Source: Guillardia theta CCMP2712
Taxonomy: Eukaryota; Protista; Cryptophyta
Reading direction: 5' to 3'
Length of the DNA: 64,000 nt
Assembly (NCBI RefSeq): GCF_000315625.1
Contig: NW_005434588.1
Location: forward strand, 62,001 to 126,000
The position numbers and the translations under genes were made by a program. This document shows positions 16,401-33,662 of the stretch, piece after piece. Position 1 is the first letter of the stretch. Each line of letters begins with the position of its first letter. The notes beneath the pieces are model-generated. The model had not been told where the DNA came from. It saw only the letters and a program-made list of their open reading frames with translations, and searched no databases.

Positions 16401-18159
16401 AACCCATGACTCGCCGGATGCCGTGAGAGCCAACGAGCTGGCCTTGTCCTCTGCTACCATCGTCATCGCCCTCATCACCAAGCGGTACTGCCTCCCGCAC
16501 GGGCTCGGGCTCAAGGAAATTCAGTACGCGGTGGAAGTCAAACCCAAGCCCGTCATCCCGGTGGTGGTGGAGGACGAGAGCCCGTCGTTTCCTCTCGCCT
16601 GGATGACTAGCTCTGTCGGGCTCCACCTGTGCGGCCTGCTGTACGTCGACCTGAGGGCGCGGGACGAGGAGCAATTTTCACTCGTTGCTCGAAGAACACA
16701 AGCGCTGCTGGCTGCTTCTGGAGTCAGAGGTGGCAGGAGCAGCGAGCACTTCGACTTCATGATCAGCTACAGCTGGTCCAACTGCGACAACGGGGAGGAG
16801 GCAGGGGAGGAGGGCGATACGAGGAGGGAGTTCTGGAGCCCCCGGCGGATCAAACGAGCGCTAGAGGAGAGCGCAGGGTCAGGCAAGCAGCTGCGAGGCT
16901 GGATCGATGTGGAGCAGCTGGGCAACCGACCAAGAGAGGGGCTGTATGAGGGGATACGACGAGGGCTGACTGAGTCTCAAGTGCTGGTAGTATGCATGAG
17001 TAACGAGTATGCCATGAGCAGGAACTGCAGCATGGAGTGCAGATATGCTCTGCTGCTCAACAAACCTGTCCTGCTAGCCCTTGTAGGAAGTGATGACAAC
17101 TCTCCCTTGCCTCCTGCCTGGAAGTCAACTGAGACTGGACTGTTGACAAGCCACCTTTGGTCTGAGATTAGCAAACAGGAAGAGCTGTTCTTTGACTTCA
17201 GGAGGGTGCGGAGCAAGTCACAGTTTGATGCGATCATATCGAGTTTGAAGAGAAAGATTGAAGAGATGCAACGGAACGACCAGGAAGCAAGTGAAACGCG
17301 AGCAGGTCAAGAGACGTCACCCACGACTATCGATCTGTCAGATTCAGTGGAGGAGCAGATGAAGTTTGGGAGGAGGATGGCTATTCAGTTCTTTCGCAGT
17401 CACTCTTCCTTCGGGTCTACCTTTCCCGTCCTCTGGGTCATCCAGTGGCAGCCGAAGGCTCAAGACACCCTCACAGCCTTCGACGCGTGGGAGGACAACG
17501 ACTACTTCTTGCGCCCTGTCTCTGAGACCCCCGACGCATGGGTGCTCGTGCCTCGTGCTCGGTTCAGGATTGACGACGCGCGTCATCGCATCAAGAGCTT
17601 GTCTTCCCTGCTCTTCCTCGTGGTCCGATGCCTTGCTGTCCTCCAACAAGGCGTCCTGTGCTCTCTCAGCAAGGTTGAAGACTCCAAGGGCGAGACTTCG
17701 GCGATGAAGAAGTTCCTGCGGTACGAGGAGTTGGAGGTTTTCCTTGAGGGCAGCAGCAAGGGAATGGTCGGGAGGGCAGAAGCGATTAGAGAGTCTCTTC
17801 AGCTGATCCACAACCTCGTCAAGAGCGACGACTCGTGGAGCTCGAGCTCGTCTGAGCTCAAACTCGAGGTCTTGCCGAGCAAAGAAGTCTTCTGGAGCTT
17901 TTGGAGCAAAGACCTTGTCCGAGATACAATCGATGCAGACTGGTTGGTCGAGTGGACGAGGCGATCTAACCAACTGGAGGAGGGAGGGAGGAGGAGCAGG
18001 CCGAGGGGCGTCACTTTGGATGAGCAAGTCATGATGGCAGAGACCTCAGTCGTACCATCAGATGTCACTGATGATCAGTCGAACATCAAGAGATTGAAGC
18101 AGATTCTTTCACGACAAGAGCTCTTGCTCAGTAAGTTCCCTCAGACTAGCATCAAGTGA
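13453..18159 (+). CDS. C-terminal part of the giant Roco protein: LRR-ROC GTPase-COR-TIR-TIR (continues the upstream ORF after a 1-nt frameshift)
   Basis: LRRs (LQSLDVSENRL, LEEVDLSYNQI). ROC motifs GLGGVGKT (14692-14715), TDGIEI, DFAGQEVYY, IVGTKTD, VSSKT. COR 'QWLADVMSSII..LIDLLKKFDL'. TIR-like 'HVYLSYAR' (~16300) and 'FDFMISYSWSN..WIDVEQL..SNEYAMSRNCSME' (~16750-17040). Confidence 0.9.
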   Translation, partial: VELRNSGEALEDAGYECVVIGSESERWFACSSQYEHAKSLLSWLMQQRSQQSSDDLSRNLKCCVSDFMLDDQVGLSFKQNFQKFFFELEFEAAEATMMIESRSSIFKASEVCLPLIPSLYIHMWYANKISQLSLVRIQLSDIPAEISILRLQSLDVSENRLNHLSPSLCLVVTLEILRCNNNFLSILPDDIGLLVNLIKLEAAQNALSSLPDSLFSLARLEDLDISGPPLPRERLCRNSTAELELDSFLGFFREVSCWEEIVGRSEQEEMFYRHAQEGVVARERLVDLEEEMLHKYWRYKGRRHESFSFDPAILTMRSLRRLSMRNVGIQGRLLIPRHVTTGSLEEVDLSYNQISDVSLTSQSLRGLKRFCLEGNRLLIPEEVKKRGEASVLNFLRGRAEASQESFKLMLFLHGLGGVGKTCLLAALKGKEFDPDGEMTDGIEISSWKVRVEEEEVQYLKQALTESQQNQVSQRLSRKRIEDLMGVEIEFVVHDFAGQEVYYNSHQLFLHNRALELVLWDVRRGFDNSGVCFWLNNIKTCAPRAAIIIVGTKTDEMDTPPLDLHALSQKFPQVKAFHAVSSKTMRGVEDLRRLLVKQALLEEHVGQSIPHKWSILEDIIVQEARSSKTGYVRFPTLREWARLSAFSSDDAIEDAADFLHDIGTIVRFSDEDARLTGLDDVVITDKQWLADVMSSIITSKSRVHVLSHADLSSMWQAFPPDVHSNLIDLLKKFDLLVETDSRSFLVPCLLPLGAPRGEDLEAFTLIPGERLSLSYRTFALSFCPYGFFNLLQARLRDLDASRFPWCRVGMWRNGMPIASSYHSRGVVILHQEENKVECTFSGEGKDNLISVVSESIFILLTDKYQVTYDVFLPCQGCLDVCPRAPHMFSSNVTLKRAMQKHQIFLQCHKEFHNIPVAHYLAAMPHSSRVSQEQLSSVLEGIGLWKATHRAHVYLSYARGDEEALRAGLRVKALLLEQLIDVWFPTHDSPDAVRANELALSSATIVIALITKRYCLPHGLGLKEIQYAVEVKPKPVIPVVVEDESPSFPLAWMTSSVGLHLCGLLYVDLRARDEEQFSLVARRTQALLAASGVRGGRSSEHFDFMISYSWSNCDNGEEAGEEGDTRREFWSPRRIKRALEESAGSGKQLRGWIDVEQLGNRPREGLYEGIRRGLTESQVLVVCMSNEYAMSRNCSMECRYALLLNKPVLLALVGSDDNSPLPPAWKSTETGLLTSHLWSEISKQEELFFDFRRVRSKSQFDAIISSLKRKIEEMQRNDQEASETRAGQETSPTTIDLSDSVEEQMKFGRRMAIQFFRSHSSFGSTFPVLWVIQWQPKAQDTLTAFDAWEDNDYFLRPVSETPDAWVLVPRARFRIDDARHRIKSLSSLLFLVVRCLAVLQQGVLCSLSKVEDSKGETSAMKKFLRYEELEVFLEGSSKGMVGRAEAIRESLQLIHNLVKSDDSWSSSSSELKLEVLPSKEVFWSFWSKDLVRDTIDADWLVEWTRRSNQLEEGGRRSRPRGVTLDEQVMMAETSVVPSDVTDDQSNIKRLKQILSRQELLLSKFPQTSIK

Positions 18160-18456
18160 ATTAAAGCTAGCTAAATCAATAAAGAAAGTCTTCGAGCTCA
18201 TTGGTTTTGGGCCCGATGGAAATTGAGATGCAGTACATGGGGTGTATGCTTTTATAGTGTATAGCAGGTGCGAGGCGCTAAGATGAGAGGACGAGAGAAG
18301 GGAGAGGAAGCGAGGAGTGTTGGAGACAGAAAGAGAGTCGAGAAGAGGGGAGAGGGGAAGCGGGAAGGTTAGATGTAAGGTGAGGCTAGGTGAAAGGGGT
18401 AAAAGCAGGGACAAAGGAAAGGGAAGGTAAAGGATTGACGTCATTTCTACCTCTAG

Positions 18457-20649
18457 GATCTGTATGAAACTGGATTAAGGGAATGTTTCGAGGAGACCAA
18501 CCTAGTTGATTTCACTGTGAGTATTCCTCCCTCCATTCGATCGCTTTAGAACGATCCGACGTGGAAAATTGCTGACGTCTCCAAGGATGATTTCAAATTG
18601 AGAGTGCATGTCCATCGCGGCGATCTCAGGTTCAAACATGAGAGCTTTTACCTTCGGGAGTCCGGGCTTCATTCAAAGAGCCAATGTTAGCGACGCCTTG
18701 CCTTGACTTGTCCGATCCAACTCATTTCTCCTTTTGTTCTGCAGAGCATTCTAGAAGGTCAGGGGTACTCAGTCACTACCTTCTGCACAGAAGGTAGAGA
18801 GAGGTAGGCGTCGCTCACGGGGTATCCACCTTCCAGCAGGACGACAAGCTGTAGATCTCCTTGACAGCTTCAGCAACAACCATTCTTACAATGGCTGGCA
18901 ATTCTGCGCTTGCGAGTTCATTCCGCAGACAGCAGAAGGGCATACAGCACTGCAGGTTTACCCACCTTGCATGCAAAGATTGCGAGGACTGAGAAGACTC
19001 TGACTGCAGGTTGTTCGAGAAGTAAGGAAATCATCGCTGAGAACTTTCATTGCCATCTGGAGTTTGGTTGGAGCTGAGGTGATACCTTCCCCGATTCAAC
19101 AAATCCTTGATTGTTCATCTTATCCTCGATCGACTCTGCCTTTCCTTGTCGTGACCTGGGCAAACAGTCTGCTGCTCTACGATTAGCTTGTTTCGAACTC
19201 GGTGCCAACATGGTGACTCATCATTGTCGAGGATGAGGGACTGAAATCTTTGTCCAGGTCACTCAGTGCGAAAACTCTCTACGGGAAGTTGCTGCTCAAG
19301 TATACCGGTGAGCTAATGGACTTTGCGCGACACATTCTAGCAGTCACACCTGCGGATCTCACCTAACTTGGTCATGCTGTGCTGCTGTAGGCACGGGATG
19401 CAGAACGGACACTTGGAATGTGCAGCGTGTGGAATGCAACGACTGACAGAAGGTTCGGTGGTATTTGACGTTCAAGTGGTCACGACAGACTTCAGACGGC
19501 CTCTGGCAACATTTTCCTCTATTTCATGTGAACCAGCCAAATGTGGGCTTGCAGGTGACGATGCCTTGCTGGAATGAGTTGCGAATCCTGACAGAGCCTG
19601 TTCAGAGTTGCTGCATTTGTGATAAACGAGTTTCAAACTTTGCGGTGCATCTGCGAAACGAGCATGGGCCACCTGGTAGAGGCAAGGCCTGCTTCTGCTT
19701 TTCATTGACTGCTCTTCACTTTCGCAGGCCGAGGGGAGATGGAAGCAGAGAACAGAAAACAGATTCCGCTATACTCCTTCGCGCTTGTCGTGTGTCGGGT
19801 GTTGTCACTGTCTGCCAGCTCTCCTCTCTATATGACTATTTTCTTTTTTTCGTCTCAGCATCCCGACGGACGTTTCCTCCTAGTGCAAGAGTTCTGCAAT
19901 CAGGTCAGCACGACTCTCCGAGCGATCCCTCACGCCTCCTCAGGGTTTCTGGTTACCGGGAGGAGCCGTAGACCCCCACGAGTCGCTCTCCTCAGCAGCC
20001 ATCAGGTCGCTTCCTCATGGCACATGAGACCTGGAGGCTGAGAGTGATGGGGAGCAGGGAGACGAAGGAGGAGGCAGGCATCGACATAGAGCTGACAGGC
20101 AAGCTCGTTCTCCTTGTGAGAACGGGCCTCGTCGCTGACGGCCCTCCCAGGCATCTTGAAGATCGAGCATGCTTCAAGAGAGCAATATGTCCGCATGCGC
20201 TGGATCTTTGCTGCACGGTACATGCTTTACTCATCCTTGTCCTGTTCCACATCCTCGGCCCCCTGACCTCTTGCAGCCCCAAGGATGTCCACCAGCTGCC
20301 CAAGTCCATCCCCGACTACGAGAGCGTCGGGGCCTCGTGGGTCTCGCTGGAGGTTCAGCCGCTTGCGCTGAACGCTCTCCTAACCCGCACCCTGCGCAGG
20401 AGATTTCCCAGCTGAGGCTGCGGGGGACAGAACCGATCCAGTGGTGCAACTACTTGGCGAACGGAGGGCAGGTGAAACGAGAGAGGAGAGCAGCAGGAGG
20501 AAACAGAGCAGGAGAAGGAGGGAAGAAGGAAGTGGAAGGGGAAGGGCAGGAGGATAAGGATGAAGAGGAGAGGGACGGGAGAGGTTCCGGATGTTGAAGT
20601 GCGCTTGCAGGTGTATCCCCTTTCGTTGCTACAAGACCATGGGAAGTGA
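18457..20649 (+). CDS. Multi-exon Nudix hydrolase (NUDT18-like) with C2H2-type zinc-finger segments; 5' end uncertain
   Basis: Spliced peptides LECAACG..GLWQHFPLFH, SCCICDKRVSNFAVHLRNEH, HPDGRFLLVQEFCNQ, GFWLPGGAVDPHESLSSAAIR / ETKEEAGIDIELTG (Nudix box), PKSIPDYESVGASWV, LRGTEPIQW, VYPLSLLQDHGK*. Confidence 0.8.
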
Positions 20650-20760
20650 CAATGGAGGAATCGAGAGCAGAACATAGAATCTTTCAATCAGGAGAAAATG
20701 CATAAAGTGTACATGTCGATCAGGAAGGAATGATCAGTGGGAGGCAGCAGCTGCCGATAT

Positions 20761-22341
20761 TCACTTCTTCTTCTCTCCCAGCAGAGCAGAAGCGTCAGTA
20801 GGGACGGAGTTCTTGACATCCTGCCCCAAAGTCAGCAACTCTGCTCAGCCTTGCCCCTTCATCATACCGATGTGAAGTTGGTGAACGCAGTGTTCATAGT
20901 CTCTCCCCACTCAGCAGCATCCCACGTGACGCTCAGCTCCCCCACGTCCTGCACCCAGAACGGCAGCTCGTCGCCGCTGGCCGAGTAGAACTCTGGAAGG
21001 TACTTGAAGTACCTGAGACAAGAAAGTCAGAAGGATCGTAGACCTCCTGTCACATGTCTACCAGTATCCTCCTCCAAAAGTGACCACCATCCAGATGATA
21101 ATCAAGATCACATTTCCCGTGGGAAGCAGCAACATGCCCGAAACTGAGATGACCAGGAAAGCCATTGCCGCATAGAACCTGAATGGCAAACGATCAAAAC
21201 CTTCCCTGTCATGGTAGGAAGCATGATGACGTCACCTTGTGCAAGACCAGGCGAGGAATAGAATGAAGGTCAACACGCAGAAGGAGGCGAAAAACGATCC
21301 AAAAACAACGAGCACGAAGCAAGGGGCCGTGGGCAAGCCGATGATGTCCAGCACATCGCAGAGGGGATACAACATGCAGCCAATCCCAATGTACATGAAG
21401 AGCAACGAGAGAAACGTAAGGTACGCCCTCGGCCGCATCTGCATCGATTCCCTTTCCTCGAGCTCCGCTATGCCTGGAGACAATCTCAATGACTGTCCGT
21501 CGGGTGTGAGGCCGTCAGACCTGCACTGGAAGGCTTCATGAACCCATTGTCCCACAGACTCTTACGGAAATCTTGATCTCTGCATATCAACACAGCCTGC
21601 CGGGATGGGGTGTCAAGAGGCATGGGAGGGCATCGTTCGAGGTTGACCTTCACTTCAGAGAAGATCGCCATGATCACTCCGATGATGAACAGTGAGTTTC
21701 CCACAAGCATCCAGATCGCCACTCCCTCAGCAAAGTCTGGCAGACGGTAACGTGAGACAGCTCGACGTCTCCGCATGAACTCACCAGGATGCTCTTTCTG
21801 GTAGGTGGCCAAGTTCCCCACAGCTTTGCGCACATTGAACTGCTGCACGTTCGGTCAGGAGAGAGGAGGCAGCCATGAATCAGCTACCCCTGACTGAGAA
21901 GACGTTGAGTTCTCTCCCATCCCTGCAAGTTCCTCCCCGACAAGAATGTTTCCAGCGCTCTCAGAGCGAGAATAGATGGACAGGGACACTACAGGCGGAC
22001 GCACCCTGGCCTGCACCATAGAGCACTCAGTGACCAGGTGACGATGCTGCTGCTCAACAGTGGAGAGAGGGAGGAGGAAGAAATCGTGCGGCTGCTGAGA
22101 GGAAAGATTCTACCAAACAATCACGTCCCTCTCCCAACCTCCGTCAGCCCTCCATGGCAAACAGGAGGACATGGTGGGAAAGAGGACACATGTCTTGTAT
22201 CGTTCTCGTCCTCGTTCTTCCTCTCTCCTCTCTCTCTCTTCTCACCTCTGCGCTGCATGCGCTCATGAGCGCCAACACCGCCAACGCAGCCATGCGCGCC
22301 GATGCCATGGCGAAGAGCCACCTAGTCTCGTTTGCCCTCAT
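20761..22341 (-). CDS. Multi-pass membrane protein with signal peptide (C-terminal TM bundle loosely TMEM43-like)
   Basis: Signal-like MAALAVLALMSACSA and several hydrophobic helices (GVAIWMLVGNSLFIIGVIMAIF; LTFLSLLFMYIGIGCMLYPL; FVLVVFGSFFASFCVLTFILFLAW). Last exon DVKNSVPTDASALLGEKKK*. Confidence 0.65.
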
Positions 22342-22354
22342 ACAGGATTTAAAA

Positions 22355-22500
22355 AAGTAAAACTTTGAAACCGTGAATGGTCAAAAACATTTCTTCTGAA
22401 GTTTGAACTTCAAACTTTCAAAGTTTCAAACTTTGTGCACCCCTCTAAAGGATTCTTTGTGGTTCGATGGTGAAAGCGGGTGGCTAAGAGCGGCGGGAGG
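22355..22500. promoter_or_regulatory. Short bidirectional promoter with clustered TTTGAA/TTCAAA motifs
   Basis: About 215 bp between two divergent ATGs. TTTGAA at 22364 and 22402; TTCAAA at 22409, 22417 and 22425; GGCGGGAG at ~22492. Confidence 0.45.
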
Positions 22501-22557
22501 GAGAAGGAGCAGTTGAAGGAGGGGCTACATCTGATCTCTTGAGAGAGACTTGCTGCC

Positions 22558-30950
<8,393 letters not shown>

Positions 30951-31237
30951 CATGTCAAACAATAAAGCAGAGTCTTCCTGCTGCTGGACTGGGGAGGAGG
31001 GGAAGGGCTGCTGGTGCTGGTGCTCGCACTCAGTGTCGGACGGGGATCGGATCGGAACTGCCCGGCGGCCCGGCCCGGCTCAGTTGACTCATGGGAAGTT
31101 TGTCGCGCAAGGGAGTAGTTGGTAGGGGTCCTGTCTGCTGAATCAAGAGGGGGTGGGGGGTAGAAATAGAGGGGTTTATGCAGTCCAGAAGGAAGGAGCG
31201 GTGGGGGGTGGGTAGGGATTGTGGATATAAGGGGAAA

Positions 31238-32662
31238 ATGGCAGAAAAACGACGACTGAGTATGGGATGGTCGCGAAGAACGATCAAGAGTTTGATGCTG
31301 ACACATGTCGTCTTACCATCTTGTCTTGCTTTCACAACATCTCCAGGCCTGTCATGCCATCATAACAACAAGTTCAAGTATACAAGTTCCACTAGTCAGC
31401 GTCGCACGCCAGCAGCAAACATTGAGATGCGGACTGTTGATGAGCCGGCGCAATGGTTGAGACATCTAAGAAGTGCAGTATGCTGCAACCTCTTCCTCCT
31501 CTCCTCCTTCATCGCGGATCCTTCCTTTGCACAGCCCGGCATGGCGGTATACGTAGATAAGTTCTGCTTCGAGATCCTTGACGCTACAAACACCCTCAGG
31601 GATACGTTGCTTCCGACTTGTCTGAGCTTGCTCCTGTTAGCAAAGATGGAAAACCTGGACCAATCCTGCTGGTTCCTCTCTTACAAGCCCAGAGATTGCT
31701 TCAGGAAGTAAACGAGAAGGTACGTCGGAGGAGGATGCGAGCAAATGACATAATTCAAGATGCTCAGATCCAGACAGGCGATGTGAAGCTGCTGAAAGAG
31801 GCAGATGTTGTGCTGTCAAAGAGTCCTTTCGTTCCTGTAAAGGAGATGAAGAGGCTGTTCAACCTGTACAGGTGCTGTCACTTGAAATTTTCTCGCCCTC
31901 TCCTCTCATATGAACGCCGTTGCTCTCCACAGTGACAACATTTACATCACCGATCCTTCCCGTAAGAACATGTACCTCGATGGATCAGCTATGCTGGGCC
32001 TCGGGCCCAGCACTTTTGGGTTCGGAACCCTTTCAGTCGGTCAAGGTAGCATGTGAAAGATGCCTGTGCTCGTTGTTGACAACTCGCCTCCGGTCCTCAA
32101 CGTGCAGGAGGAGCCGTGCCTGAGAGCAAAGAGACCCTCAGTTACTTGTGTGTCTTGCTCAGTTGCGATGAGGTTGCTCACTGATGATGATCAGGTACAG
32201 GAATGAGGCGCTGGACAACCTGGATGCCCTCCAGGCAGAGCTAAAGTTCATCCTGAAGCAGGTGAAGGGTTGTTGGAGCTGTGTTGTGATCAGTTGCATG
32301 GCTGTAAGAGGACGTGAGGGGATGGAGGAGCAGGAGGAGCAGGAAGAACAGGAAGAACAGGAGGAGCAGGAGGAGCAGGAGGAGCAGGAGGAGCAGCTGA
32401 CGGCAGGAGCAGGGGGAAGCAGGGAAGACAGAGGACATGCAAGATCTGAGGACATACATGAAGGTAATGGAGACTGAAAGGAACTTTATGATGATTTTCA
32501 CTCGTCATCTGCAGAAATTGCTGGACAGTTTTGACAAGTATCTCAAGACACTACCCGAGGTGATGAGGGACAACGGAGGGGTAGTCGTTGTAGGGCTGAC
32601 CAGCAAGTTTTCTGCAGGCTGATGTGGGGCAGGCGAGCAGATATGCGGACATGAAGAAGTAG
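31238..32662 (+). CDS. Nucleus-encoded plastid-targeted (possibly thylakoid-lumen) protein of unknown function
   Basis: Signal peptide ending CLA-FTTSP (A-F motif), a Ser/Thr/Arg-rich transit peptide, then a second hydrophobic stretch ending SFA-Q. Downstream exons PILLVPLL..KEMKRLFNLYSDNIY..YRNEALDNLDALQAEL..ADMKK*. Confidence 0.7.
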
Positions 32663-32879
32663 AAGGAAAGAGAGATAAAGATATCGTGATTGGAATGATG
32701 ACGATGATGATGAAACCATGATGATGGAGATGGAGGAGGAGCTGGTGGTGGTGATGATGGTGATGGTGATGGAGATAGTGTAAAGAAATAGCGATAGCAA
32801 GAACATTGTCGCACATTTATCACATCTGCACATGATTGTAGCTCTTACATCATCCTCTGCTCCTCCATTAAGAAGGAAG

Positions 32880-32978
32880 TTGGCAAGTCAGACGTCCTTT
32901 CAAACTCCTCGTCCTCTTCCTCTTGTCGTTGCCGTTGCCAACTTCGTTCCCCTCCCCTATCACCCCCTCCGCGAGATA

Positions 32979-33022
<44 letters not shown>

Positions 33023-33598
33023 TATCAGCTCTTCTTCGTCCTCAGAAAGTCATTCCTCTGTCTCCGACAGCACCGGCTCCTCGTCCTGCAGTGGGGAAGG
33101 GATCGACGTTCTTTCGCTCCCTGCTCGATCTGTTGGTCTTTCTCAAATTCTTCTTCCTCCCTCTGGCCGGCCTCTGAGTCAGCGCCTTCTCTCCTCCTGC
33201 TCCTCGAGGTCACTTGGCAGATGCTGCTGCTCACGAACGAACCTGACGGTTGAAGCTGAAGCTCTCCGGAGGCTCCGGTGGGCAGCTGGTGGAGGGAGAG
33301 AGCTTGAGTACAGACGCCACAGGAGGAGAAAGACGAGAGGAAGGGAGGAGAGGAAAGAGAGGGGGAGGGGAGGGCAGAGTGGAGAGGGAGGGAGGGAGGG
33401 AGGGAGGGATGCGCAAGTAGACGAGGAAAAAGGCAGGGATGAAGAGAAATGCGGGGGAGAGCAGAGGGCAGAGGAAGAAGAGCGAGCAAGGAAAGTTTGC
33501 ATGTCAAACCCTGAGGTTGTTGGTGGTTGTAGAAATTGTAGTTGTGGATGAGCAGGTGATGGAGGAGGCGAAAGGTGGGGAGAAATTGGAGGAGGAGC

Positions 33599-33662
<64 letters not shown>

